From the IMG/VR virus record IMGVR_UViG_3300020166_000010: a stretch of 64,000 nucleotides of DNA. One strand, 5' to 3'. The translations under genes were made by a program, and so were the position numbers. The stretch comes from a virus. This document shows positions 9,987 through 19,453 of this stretch, one piece after another. Under the pieces are notes generated by a model. That model was not told the origin of the DNA, searched no databases, and was given only the letters and a program-made list of their open reading frames with translations. Position 1 is the stretch's first letter. The number at the start of each line of letters is the position of its first letter.

Positions 9987-11726
9987 TTAGAATTGGTAAA
10001 CGAATACTACTTCGTCTTGTGCATCAATTACATAACCTGGGTTAGCGATTGTAACCTGTGGTCCTGCAACTAATTCAACAAATACTCTGTGCCCGTTAAC
10101 GAATACATCTACTAAAGATGCTTGGTCTTCTTGTACAGGGTTTGCTAAATTGTAAACGAATCCAGCTCCAGCGAATGTTTCAGTAGCCATTTGATCATCT
10201 TCGATGATAGCAGCTTCTAATACATCTAATCTACCGTCTTGTGCAGCATCTTTGTTATCAACTCTTGTAAAGTCAGAGTTAGTAGCAGCGATTTCAGCAG
10301 CTAAAGCAGCTTCTAAAGCAGTGTCAGCGTTTTCACGTGCAGTTTGCTCAGCAGACATTTCAGCGTCATGCTTAGTTTCTAATGAAGTAAAGTCAGAGTT
10401 AGTAGCAGCGATTTCAGCAACTAAACCAGCTTCAACATCTGATACTCTCGTATCAATTGAAGTAAATTCAGCAGTGATTGCTCCTTCTAATGAAATAACA
10501 TCAGAATTAGTAGCAGCGATTTCAGCAGCTAAAGCAGAATCAATTCTAGTAACATCAGAGTTAGTAGCAGCGATTTCAGCAGCTAATTCTCCTTCAACTC
10601 TTGTAAAGTCAGAGTTAGTAGAAGCGATTTCAGCGTTTAAGTTAGAAATTACTACAGCTAAAGCGTCGTCATTTACAGTATCAACAGCGTTGATTAAAGA
10701 AACGATTTCAACGAATGTATCTTTATCAGCATCAGATGCTAATAAGATTGCGTCGATTCTTGCGTTTTCTGCGTCAATGTTAGACTGTAACGTTGCGTCA
10801 GCAGCAGCATAAGCAGCTTCAACTCTTACGAAGTCAGAGTTAGTAGATGCAATTTCTGCAGCTAATTCTCCTTCAACTCTTGTAAAGTCAGAGTTAGTAG
10901 AAGCGATTTCAGCAGCTAAAGCAGAATCAATTCTAGTAACATCAGAGTTAGTAGCAACGATTTCAGCGTCTAATTCAACTCTTAAGTCAGATACTTCATC
11001 AACTAAATCTCCAGATACTTCTCCTAATCTTAAGTCAATAGAAGTAACATCAGAATTAGTAGATGCGATTTCATTTTCTAACGCAAGTTGTAAAGCAGCG
11101 TCGCCGTTTGCACGTGCAGTTTGCTCTGCAGACATTTCAGCGTCATGCTTAGCCTCTAAAGAAGTAAAGTCAGAATTAGTAGCTGCAATCTCTGCAGATA
11201 ATTCTCCCTCAACTCTTGTAAAGTCAGAGTTAGTAGCAGCGATCTCTTGAGAGATTGCTAAGTTAATGCTTGTGAAATCTGCGTTAGTTGCAGCGATCTC
11301 ATTGTTTAAGTCAACGATTACCGCTCCTAAAGCGTTATCATTTTCTAAATCAACAGCATTAATTAAAGAAACAACCTCAACGAATGTATCTTTATCAGCA
11401 TCAGCTGCTAATAAGATTGCGTCGATTCTTGCGTTTTCTGCATCAATGTTAGATTGTAACGTTGATTCAACACCTTCAGCTCTTAATTGCTCAGTAGATA
11501 AATCTCCCTCTAATCTAGAAACATCTGCGTTTGTTGCTGATACTTCACCAGCTAAAGCAACTTCTAAAGAGTCAATTGAAGCGTCTAATTCAGTTTGAGC
11601 TGCAGTGATCTCATCACCAACATACTTTGCGATGTCAGATGTGTTTGCAATCTCAAAAGAAGAAGTAGCTGCCCAGTTTACCGTGCTTAAGAAATCCTTA
11701 ATTTGTTTTGAACGAATTTGTGCCAT
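9987..11726 (-). CDS. Acidic repetitive coiled-coil fibre protein, 579 aa
   Basis: ~18-aa repeats (EIAATNSDFTRVEGELAA), an internal duplication and a small C-terminal beta domain. Confidence 0.8.
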   Translation of the reverse strand: MAQIRSKQIKDFLSTVNWAATSSFEIANTSDIAKYVGDEITAAQTELDASIDSLEVALAGEVSATNADVSRLEGDLSTEQLRAEGVESTLQSNIDAENARIDAILLAADADKDTFVEVVSLINAVDLENDNALGAVIVDLNNEIAATNADFTSINLAISQEIAATNSDFTRVEGELSAEIAATNSDFTSLEAKHDAEMSAEQTARANGDAALQLALENEIASTNSDVTSIDLRLGEVSGDLVDEVSDLRVELDAEIVATNSDVTRIDSALAAEIASTNSDFTRVEGELAAEIASTNSDFVRVEAAYAAADATLQSNIDAENARIDAILLASDADKDTFVEIVSLINAVDTVNDDALAVVISNLNAEIASTNSDFTRVEGELAAEIAATNSDVTRIDSALAAEIAATNSDVISLEGAITAEFTSIDTRVSDVEAGLVAEIAATNSDFTSLETKHDAEMSAEQTARENADTALEAALAAEIAATNSDFTRVDNKDAAQDGRLDVLEAAIIEDDQMATETFAGAGFVYNLANPVQEDQASLVDVFVNGHRVFVELVAGPQVTIANPGYVIDAQDEVVFVYQF

Positions 11727-11911
11727 ATTATTTTATTTATTATATTTTGGCCTAACAACATTATTGTCGTTAGTGAATTATATATTCCAGATAAGTTGTG
11801 TCGATTGTCATATTTGGACGTAATATGTTAATAGAATTCAAAAAATTGGGTTTTTCCCATTTTCCCTATTAAAGATGTAGTATACTCGTGCGCGGGTGTA
11901 TTAGGATATTA

Positions 11912-13144
11912 TTACCTTAGATCGTCTGATTTTGCCTCGTATATTAAATTGATTTCGTCTCCGATCTCTAATTCATACCCTGCAATATCGCTATTCCAGT
12001 ATAATTGATCCCCTGATCTAATCTCTTCAACACTCGCAGCCGTTGATCCGTTATTACCTGAAAAGTATGCATCTTTATCTTTAGTTCCATCGCCAACTTC
12101 AACACTAAGTCCGTTTACTTCAACCATAACATAAGAATCTTGATATGGTGAATGTGTTATTAATATTCCTGTTGCAGAATGATTTCCTACAGATGCTGAT
12201 GGATTTATATTTTTATCAACGTATGTTAAGATACCGTCTGGTAATACCGAAGCTGACGTAATTCCATGCGCATCCATGCTATACGATACTGATTGACCTA
12301 CTTGCCACGTGGTTTGAGTTACCCCGGGACCGGTTGAAACCGTTTCCAATGATACGTTTACTTTTATTCCATCTAAGTTATCTGCGTCTCCGCCGCCTAC
12401 ATTAAGATCTAATCTCTCCCATGAGTCTACTCGATAGATTGCATACATATTAGTTTCTGCAATATCATTTATAGTAATGATACCATTAATATTATCACCT
12501 GATATTCTTTTAGTTAAAAAGTTTTCTAATCCAGATATTCTTATTCCATTTTTATCTAGATTTCTAAATATAATAAAATCTACTAGAGCCGGGTCAGCTG
12601 AACTCATAGATACCATTCCACGATCTGACGGATCTGATCCATCAATATGTTCTACTTGGAATTCTGCCTCAATTGGACCTCTTTCTATGATTGTAGTAGT
12701 TCCTCCGCCTGTTTCGCCAGATGGATCTCCATTATCTATATTTGGATTATTAATAACATCTCCAATTAAAAGCCTTGGGAATACGTAGTTTTTAGGTTGT
12801 GGATAATAGTTTTCGTAATATACGCTTACTTGTGCATATAGCCTACCAGCTGACAAGTGAGTTGAGTTAGTTTCGTTAATATTAAAACTAATTTTACCTG
12901 TGTTGTCTACTAGGTCAACGTCTAAGTCAACAGAAACTCCTGAAACAGAAGGTCTTGAGAATTGCAAAACTTTTTTATCTTCAACATAAACCGCAACATT
13001 GAATGATGTTGGTTGATTTAAATTTAATACAGAGCCTATAAAATCTTTGTATAATATGATATCGTATGTTTGCGAATTTCCTTGAATGAAGTTTGATTCT
13101 CCATCAATAAATGCTATTATATCGTCCTTTGCTACGTAAGCCAT
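11912..13144 (-). CDS. Putative virion structural protein
   Basis: C-terminal domain paralogous to 6430..7194 (V.VNG...YFS.N.G.TA.SV.....GD.L.WNS..AGYE). Confidence 0.65.
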   Translation of the reverse strand: MAYVAKDDIIAFIDGESNFIQGNSQTYDIILYKDFIGSVLNLNQPTSFNVAVYVEDKKVLQFSRPSVSGVSVDLDVDLVDNTGKISFNINETNSTHLSAGRLYAQVSVYYENYYPQPKNYVFPRLLIGDVINNPNIDNGDPSGETGGGTTTIIERGPIEAEFQVEHIDGSDPSDRGMVSMSSADPALVDFIIFRNLDKNGIRISGLENFLTKRISGDNINGIITINDIAETNMYAIYRVDSWERLDLNVGGGDADNLDGIKVNVSLETVSTGPGVTQTTWQVGQSVSYSMDAHGITSASVLPDGILTYVDKNINPSASVGNHSATGILITHSPYQDSYVMVEVNGLSVEVGDGTKDKDAYFSGNNGSTAASVEEIRSGDQLYWNSDIAGYELEIGDEINLIYEAKSDDLR

Positions 13145-13186
13145 TTTTATTAAGTATTTTTTATATATATTCTTTTAAATTTAACC

Positions 13187-13873
13187 TTATTTTGTTAATT
13201 TATTATAAAGTGAATATCGTAGAACTGGTAATATACATCCTTCTAAATCTTCTTTTAACTTATGGTCTACTCTCCAAAACCTACTATCATCTGATTTTAA
13301 TTTTGAATTAGTAACATAGTCTACCATTTCTGGAATTCCAGATAATTCAATATCTACATTTTTTAATTGCATATCCTTCCACTCCCCTACTAATCTATAA
13401 GGATTATTATAAGAATAAGTTAATATATTATTATGGTTTTTGTTTATTAAAAAAACTATTCCTTTTGTTTTAGTAGGCATTTTATGAGGAATCTCGGTGA
13501 TTATCATTTTTGACATGATTGCTCTCCACTTAACTCTAACCATTCTGAATAATGCTTCGAATTCTTCTATTGCAATTTCTACTAAATTATATATATGAAA
13601 TATTTCGTCTTGAGAATCTGGGTATTCATAATCTAGGGACATTGTGTCTAGATTAATACCAGTAAGAACCTTTAATCTATCATCTATTTCACTCTTTTGG
13701 TTCTTGAGTTTATATAAGTCTTCTAACTGATATTCAACCTCAATAAGTGCCTCATAGATAAATCCGGCTTTGATCATAGATTTTATCTTTTGAGTTGCCC
13801 CTAAAAGTTTATATCTTTTTAATTCAAAGTCGAAAGGTAAATCTGTAAGCCAATTCTTTTCTAATACGTTCAT
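13187..13873 (-). CDS. Hypothetical protein
   Basis: 228-aa ORF in gene run. Confidence 0.7.
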   Translation of the reverse strand: MNVLEKNWLTDLPFDFELKRYKLLGATQKIKSMIKAGFIYEALIEVEYQLEDLYKLKNQKSEIDDRLKVLTGINLDTMSLDYEYPDSQDEIFHIYNLVEIAIEEFEALFRMVRVKWRAIMSKMIITEIPHKMPTKTKGIVFLINKNHNNILTYSYNNPYRLVGEWKDMQLKNVDIELSGIPEMVDYVTNSKLKSDDSRFWRVDHKLKEDLEGCILPVLRYSLYNKLTK

Positions 13874-13924
13874 GAATATATTTATTCATATTTTTCCTGC
13901 ATATTAGTAAAAATTAAACTTATA

Positions 13925-14239
13925 TTATAAAGTTTTTTTGTTTTTATTTTCTTCTTTAGTATTACTCTGTTTATTTAAACTAGTATTACTAAGGGTAAGT
14001 CCCCATTGTAGAATAAACCATTGAGCTTCTTTGATCGCCATAGATTTATTTATTTTTAAAACTTTTCTAATTCTATCAACACAGTGTTCGATGAATGCTT
14101 CTTCTTCTGCCTTGGTTGTCTTGTATTCCATGTACCATTGTGGATTATTTTTAACATCCTCATATGTTACATTGTGTGGCTTTAGCTGCTCGTTAATTAA
14201 TTCAACGAAAAGCTCTTTTGTTTTTTCTCGCTTTGTCAT
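13925..14239 (-). CDS. Hypothetical protein
   Basis: 104-aa ORF in gene run. Confidence 0.65.
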   Translation of the reverse strand: MTKREKTKELFVELINEQLKPHNVTYEDVKNNPQWYMEYKTTKAEEEAFIEHCVDRIRKVLKINKSMAIKEAQWFILQWGLTLSNTSLNKQSNTKEENKNKKTL

Positions 14240-14264
14240 ATTACTTTATTATTTTATTAATATA

Positions 14265-14459
14265 TTATAATGATATAAGAGTAGCAAAAGTATCTCTATC
14301 ACTGAGTCCTATAAAGTCGTCAATTAATAGAGATACCATTACTGAATCATTCATTGGGTTGAAAGATATTTCAATAGGTTCAATTAGATTATTATAATCT
14401 TTTAATATACTATTAAGATATTCTAATTTTTCTTGTCTAACGTAAAAATATACTTTCAT
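14265..14459 (-). CDS. Hypothetical protein
   Basis: 64-aa ORF filling the gap before clpP. Confidence 0.55.
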   Translation of the reverse strand: MKVYFYVRQEKLEYLNSILKDYNNLIEPIEISFNPMNDSVMVSLLIDDFIGLSDRDTFATLISL

Positions 14460-14476
14460 AATCCTATATTATTATA

Positions 14477-15145
14477 TTATCTTTTTTTAATAATTTCATC
14501 AATGATTCCGTACTTCTTAGCTTCAGCAGCGCTCAACCAAAAATCTCTAGTAGCGTCTTTCATTACTACCTCTGGCTTTTTACCACAGTATTCTCCTAAT
14601 AAAACAAACAATTCTTTGTTTACATCTTGCCAATTTTTCCAATCAATTTCAGCATCCTGTATATTTCCACTGAAACCCCCAGAAGACTGGTGTAACATTG
14701 TTGTAGAGTGCTTTAGTGACATTCTCTTACCTTTAGTTCCTGCTCCTAATAATACTGAACCCATTGATGCGGCCATTCCTGTGTTGATCGTACGTATATC
14801 ACACTTAATATAATCCATAACATCTACCATAGAAAGTCCTGATTTAACAGAACCTCCTGGAGAATCAATGTGCATTGTAATATCTCCTTCTGATGTCGTA
14901 TCTAAAAACATCAATTGAGCCTGTACTATCGTAGACATATTGTCATTAACAGGACCTGCAACCCATAACAATCTATCAGCCATCAATCTAGAAAAGATAT
15001 CCATTTGAGTAACTCTCATTTCTCTTTCTTCTAAAATATAGGGAGTCATTGAATTTTCGATCTGCTTTTCGTAGTAGTTCATGTTTGAAGAACTAACACT
15101 GTGATCGCTCATTGCGTATTTTTTAAACTCGTTACTGTAATTCAT
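14477..15145 (-). CDS. clpP: ATP-dependent Clp protease proteolytic subunit (Bacteroidota-type)
   Basis: MDIFSRLM, IDSPGGSV, GMAASMG (catalytic Ser), MLHQ, RDFWLSAAEAKKYGIID. Confidence 0.95.
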   Translation of the reverse strand: MNYSNEFKKYAMSDHSVSSSNMNYYEKQIENSMTPYILEEREMRVTQMDIFSRLMADRLLWVAGPVNDNMSTIVQAQLMFLDTTSEGDITMHIDSPGGSVKSGLSMVDVMDYIKCDIRTINTGMAASMGSVLLGAGTKGKRMSLKHSTTMLHQSSGGFSGNIQDAEIDWKNWQDVNKELFVLLGEYCGKKPEVVMKDATRDFWLSAAEAKKYGIIDEIIKKR

Positions 15146-15443
15146 ATTCTTTAATTAAGTTTGTTACTTTTTCACAGGTCTCATATTCTTCCTGTTCTTT
15201 ATAATATTGCAATGACATTAATAATGATTTTTTGTAGCCTCCTTTTTCTAACTTAGCCTCCATGGTAGTTCCATCAGAATCTACAAAATAGCATAAAATA
15301 TTTATTTCATAATTACTTTTCATATTAAAATCTATAAAGTCTATCATTCTTTTATAGAATGCGTCAGTATCTATTACTGGACCGTGCTTAGATTCTAAGA
15401 AGCCATTATCATGTATATCAAAGTGTGGTATTTCTCCAATCAT
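15132..15443 (-). CDS. Hypothetical protein with UVR-like C-terminal hairpin
   Basis: Ends EQEEYETCEKVTNLI; overlaps the clpP start. Confidence 0.6.
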   Translation of the reverse strand: MIGEIPHFDIHDNGFLESKHGPVIDTDAFYKRMIDFIDFNMKSNYEINILCYFVDSDGTTMEAKLEKGGYKKSLLMSLQYYKEQEEYETCEKVTNLIKEYELQ

Positions 15444-15447
15444 TATA

Positions 15448-16302
15448 TTATGTTAATCTAATATTAAGATATTCTCTTAATATGTTACTATATGTTATTT
15501 GCTTGCTTTCAGTTGAAACAGCATCATTAATATCTTGCATGAAATTAATACCATACTCTGTTAATATCATATCATCTTTTGTTAGATTAAACAAAGGATT
15601 TTCAATGTTCATTGTATAGTTTTTACCTTGCTCATCGCTTTCTGAAATAATCTTAGAAGACATATCAAAATGTCTTTCATAAAAATGAATATTATCTGCG
15701 CAATGGTAGTATGTTCCTAACTCTAATTCTGGGTAAGTTTCTAACAACCATAATCTCATGTGTTGGTGTATGAAACTAAAGTAAGGTGCGTCAAATGTTA
15801 ATCCATAAAATATATCATTGGATCTCATTTGAACTTTCATATTCAATTTATTGTCTCTAATAAAAAAGTTGAGGTACATTGTACATACAAAATCTTTATT
15901 ACCTTCAAATTGAAATTTAGGTTGGTTTAAAAATGATATTGCTTGTCTTGTATTCTTGTCTGATTTTAAAGAATCTAGTGCCCATTGTAGTTGACCACCT
16001 AAAAGTAAATAACCATAATTAGAATTAATCTCGTTAGAATTTGGATTAGTTAAAGTCGACCACATTCCTGAGAATTGACCAATATAATCTACATCGCGAT
16101 CTCTATTAAGATACCAACATAGTTCTCCACCAAAATATTTCCAGTTAAAAGATCTACTATCAAAATGTGCAATTGTTTTAGTAGGATCGAATTCTAAAGT
16201 TTGGACAGTACGTTCTTTTACCTTCATATCTCGAGGTTGCGAAACGCTACCATTGTTTTCAATGTCTAAAATTAATTCTTTAAATTTATTGTTAAATGTC
16301 AT
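15448..16302 (-). CDS. Thymidylate synthase superfamily enzyme, probably dCMP (hydroxy)methylase-type
   Basis: Catalytic KDFVCT, MRSNDIFYGLTFD (Asp at the dUMP-specifying Asn position), HFYERH. Confidence 0.75.
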   Translation of the reverse strand: MTFNNKFKELILDIENNGSVSQPRDMKVKERTVQTLEFDPTKTIAHFDSRSFNWKYFGGELCWYLNRDRDVDYIGQFSGMWSTLTNPNSNEINSNYGYLLLGGQLQWALDSLKSDKNTRQAISFLNQPKFQFEGNKDFVCTMYLNFFIRDNKLNMKVQMRSNDIFYGLTFDAPYFSFIHQHMRLWLLETYPELELGTYYHCADNIHFYERHFDMSSKIISESDEQGKNYTMNIENPLFNLTKDDMILTEYGINFMQDINDAVSTESKQITYSNILREYLNIRLT

Positions 16303-16331
16303 ATATTATATTATTAAAATATCTTACTAAT

Positions 16332-16358
16332 ATTATACTACTATTTTAGAGAAAGTTT
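16332..16358 (-). promoter_or_regulatory. Promoter of class AAAC-N17-TATAA (representative copy)
   Basis: AAAC, 17 nt, TATAAT upstream of 15448..16302; same spacing at more than 10 other intergenic sites. Confidence 0.7.
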
Positions 16359-18317
16359 ATCTTCTCCTTTTTTATATGATATTGAATAAACTTTAGTTCC
16401 AATTGTCATTTTCTTATCTATGATTGCGTCTGCTAAAATATCTTCTACGTAATTTTGAACTGCTCTTTTTAATGGACGTGCTCCATATAGTGGATCATAT
16501 CCTTGTTCTGCTAGGAATGCCTTTGCAGTTTTATTGATTTTAATAGAATAACCTTGTTTTTCTAATCTAGTGATAACTCTATTTAATTCAATATCTACAA
16601 TCTCCAACATATTATCTTTACTTAAAGAATTAAATAAGATCATGTCGTCTAATCTATTTAAGAATTCAGGTGCAAACTTATTTTTAAGTTCCTTTCTGAT
16701 AATAGATTCTACGTGAGATTTCTGAGTTGCAATTGAGCTATTACTTTCAAATCCTATCCCTGCTCCAAAGTCTGAAACTTTTTTAGCACCTACATTTGAT
16801 GTCATTATAATAATAGTATTCGTGAAATCTACAGTTCTTCCTAGGGAATCTGTTAATCTACCCTCGTCTAATACTTGCAATAATGTATTGAATGTATCTG
16901 GATGCGCTTTTTCAACTTCATCAAATAATACAACCGAATAAGGTTTACGTCTTACTTGTTCCGTTAATTGTCCACCACTCTCGTGTCCAACATATCCAGG
17001 AGGAGATCCAATTAATTTAGAAACATTAAACTTTTCTTGATATTCTGACATATCAATTCTAATAATAGAATCTTCATCACCAAAATAATAGTTAGCTAAA
17101 GCTTTGACTGTTTCTGTTTTACCAACTCCAGTAGGTCCAATAAACATAAAAGAACCAATTGGTTTTTTAGATGAACTAACACCAGCTCTAGATCTTTTAA
17201 TTACTTTACATAATCCAGTAACTGCAGAATCTTGTCCGATTATCATCGACTTAAGTTTAGATTCCATGTCCGTGATAACTTTACTTTCGTCGTCTGTCAT
17301 TCTAGAGATTGGAATTCCAGTTGCGTCTGAAATAGTTTCAGCGATATCATCGTATGTTACAGGGCGTCTGTTAATTCTTAAATCACTTTGCCAATCCGAA
17401 ATAGTTTTATCAATAATATCTCTTTGTTTTATTTCAGCATCTCTGAATTTTGCTGCCTTTTCATAATCTTGTTCTTCAACTGCTGCTAGCTTTTGAGACT
17501 TAACTACCTCAATCTTTTTCTCAGCATCTTTAATATGTTCTGGCATCTTAACCTGAGATAGGTGTACTTTTGCACCGGCTTCATCCATTAAATCGATTGC
17601 TTTGTCTGGTAATTCTCTAGAAGTAACATATCTATCAGAAAGTTCAACACATGCTTTTAGTGCCTCATCTGTATATTCTACCGCGTGATAGTCTTCGTAA
17701 TTACCTTTAATTCTATTTAAGATCTCGATAGAATCACTAATTGAAGGTGGATCAATAAAAACTTCTTGGAATCTTCTAGTAAGTGCTCCATCAGTTTCTA
17801 TATTTTCTCTATATTCATCGAGAGTTGTTGCCCCAATACATTGTACCTGTCCTCTCGCAAGGGCTGGTTTTAAAATGTTACTAGCATCTAAAGAACCGCT
17901 AACTCCACCAGCTCCTACCATTGTGTGAATTTCATCAACAAAGATTATAATATCTGGATTAGCCTTTAGCTCATCAACAATCTTCTTCATTCTCTCTTCG
18001 AATTCTCCACGATATTTAGTACCTGCAACAATCGTCGACATATTTAAAGAGATTACTCTTTTACCTGTAAGAGTCATTGCTACTTTTTTATCAACAATTC
18101 TTTGCGCTATAGCCTCAACCAATGCAGTTTTACCAACACCAGGATCTCCTAATATAATTGGATTGTTCTTCTTTCTCCTAGAAAGGATTTGACAAATTCT
18201 ATAAACTTCTTTGTCTCTTCCTATAATAGGATCTAATTTACCCTCAGAGGCTGCAGCTGTTAAGTCTTCTCCGAATTGATCTATTAACGGTGTTTTTGCT
18301 TGTTTCTTATTTGCCAT
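16341..18317 (-). CDS. clpC: ClpC-like AAA+ unfoldase lacking the N-terminal Clp-repeat domain
   Basis: Two AAA modules (GDPGVGKT, GPTGVGKTE, GSPPGYVG, GARPL); UVR middle domain AAVEEQDYEKAAKFRD. Confidence 0.9.
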   Translation of the reverse strand: MANKKQAKTPLIDQFGEDLTAAASEGKLDPIIGRDKEVYRICQILSRRKKNNPIILGDPGVGKTALVEAIAQRIVDKKVAMTLTGKRVISLNMSTIVAGTKYRGEFEERMKKIVDELKANPDIIIFVDEIHTMVGAGGVSGSLDASNILKPALARGQVQCIGATTLDEYRENIETDGALTRRFQEVFIDPPSISDSIEILNRIKGNYEDYHAVEYTDEALKACVELSDRYVTSRELPDKAIDLMDEAGAKVHLSQVKMPEHIKDAEKKIEVVKSQKLAAVEEQDYEKAAKFRDAEIKQRDIIDKTISDWQSDLRINRRPVTYDDIAETISDATGIPISRMTDDESKVITDMESKLKSMIIGQDSAVTGLCKVIKRSRAGVSSSKKPIGSFMFIGPTGVGKTETVKALANYYFGDEDSIIRIDMSEYQEKFNVSKLIGSPPGYVGHESGGQLTEQVRRKPYSVVLFDEVEKAHPDTFNTLLQVLDEGRLTDSLGRTVDFTNTIIIMTSNVGAKKVSDFGAGIGFESNSSIATQKSHVESIIRKELKNKFAPEFLNRLDDMILFNSLSKDNMLEIVDIELNRVITRLEKQGYSIKINKTAKAFLAEQGYDPLYGARPLKRAVQNYVEDILADAIIDKKMTIGTKVYSISYKKGEDKLSLK

Positions 18318-18340
18318 GTTCTTAATTAGTATTTATAGTT

Positions 18341-18367
18341 ATTATAACGAATAAACGGGATTTGTTT
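18341..18367 (-). promoter_or_regulatory. Promoter AAAC-N17-TATAAT for clpC
   Basis: Exact 17-nt spacing. Confidence 0.7.
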
Positions 18368-18383
18368 ATTTATTAATGAAAAA

Positions 18384-18412
18384 AAAAGAGCCAGTGGTTA
18401 ACTAGCTCTTTT
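18384..18412 (-). terminator. Rho-independent terminator
   Basis: AAAAGAGC...GCTCTTTT stem with a T-run on the minus strand. Confidence 0.7.
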
Positions 18413-18468
18413 GTAAAAATCTATGTGGTTAAATGAATCTAACACAGCACGGTTAAATATCGTTCTGC
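18384..18468 (-). ncRNA. Candidate ~85-nt small RNA with three UUAACC repeats
   Basis: Lies between a GATATATA motif (18471-18478) and a terminator; no ORF. Confidence 0.35.
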
Positions 18469-18496
18469 TTTATATATCTATTTTTTCATGAGCAAT

Positions 18497-18712
18497 TTAA
18501 AGATTTACAGATCGCATAGTACATTGGGAGCAAACTACAGCTGAGGTATTTTCAGTTACTTCCGTCCATTCTTTACATTGAGTCTCACCATCGTTCGGCG
18601 CCCATTGTGGATATCTACTTTCGTCTAAGTCGGAATTCATACAAATCATCATGATCTTTTTGTCAGTCTTTTTAGTTTTCCAAACTTTGGTCATCTTTTT
18701 CTTCTTGGTCAT
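18497..18712 (-). CDS. Small basic putative Zn-ribbon protein
   Basis: Four Cys including CSQC; own AAAC-N17-TATAAT promoter at 18732-18758. Confidence 0.65.
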   Translation of the reverse strand: MTKKKKMTKVWKTKKTDKKIMMICMNSDLDESRYPQWAPNDGETQCKEWTEVTENTSAVVCSQCTMRSVNL

Positions 18713-18944
18713 AATATATTATTATTTGATTATTATACTTAAATATTACCTTTTGTTTCTATTTTATTATTCTTTAATTCTTAGAGTTGTTAGAGTTACT
18801 CATAGGATTCTTTGAGGGAATTAAAAATTTTTATTTTTGCAGCTTCTCATTTATTCCACCTCCACCCTCTTTATTATTTTACTTAAAGTAGTTTAAACGT
18901 TATTCAAAGTCTGGGAAAATAATTTTCAGCAACATTCAAAAACT

Positions 18945-19453
18945 AAAAAAACCCAAAAACCCAAATCAATACCAACATTATATCGTAGGTTCCCGCACAC
19001 CGGATAGGATCCCTAGAAGGACCCGGAGCCTGGGAAGTACCCTCGGAGAAAATATCAGGGGGTGTTCCACCCAACCTCTCGCTCCACACATGGGAACCGC
19101 AGGGGACCGACCCCACTAGTGCACACATCACTCTGAGTTACTCATTTAAAAGTTGGCGCAGAGTACAAGTGAGAATTGGGTTTTTCCCTTTTTTTCCTCG
19201 ATGCCTCTTACCCTCTTAGTCCTTATAGAATACTATAGAATATTTCTTTTATATCTTATAGGTTCTCTATCCTAATAGACAAGTAGACGGCGCCAACCTG
19301 CCACTTGCGGGTGCTTTCTTTTTGGGTTATTTGAGGGGTACCCTTAAAGGGGACTGTGAGTGCTTGGAGTCATGTGAGAGGTTGCAACCCTCTGATTGTA
19401 GTGAGTGGTTTGAGTTGGCCCTCTCCCTCCCTATTCAACCTTCAAGCTTAAAG
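18945..19453 (-). ncRNA. Candidate large structured non-coding RNA
   Basis: Promoter AAAC-N18-TATAAC at 19460-19487, no credible ORF, several long-range complementary segments. Confidence 0.4.

Noticed and set aside
18943-19131. 62-aa minus ORF, and plus ORFs 19800..19988 and 19837..20175
   Set aside because: Atypical composition, no A-rich leader; the plus ORFs are antisense to the more plausible 19816..20265
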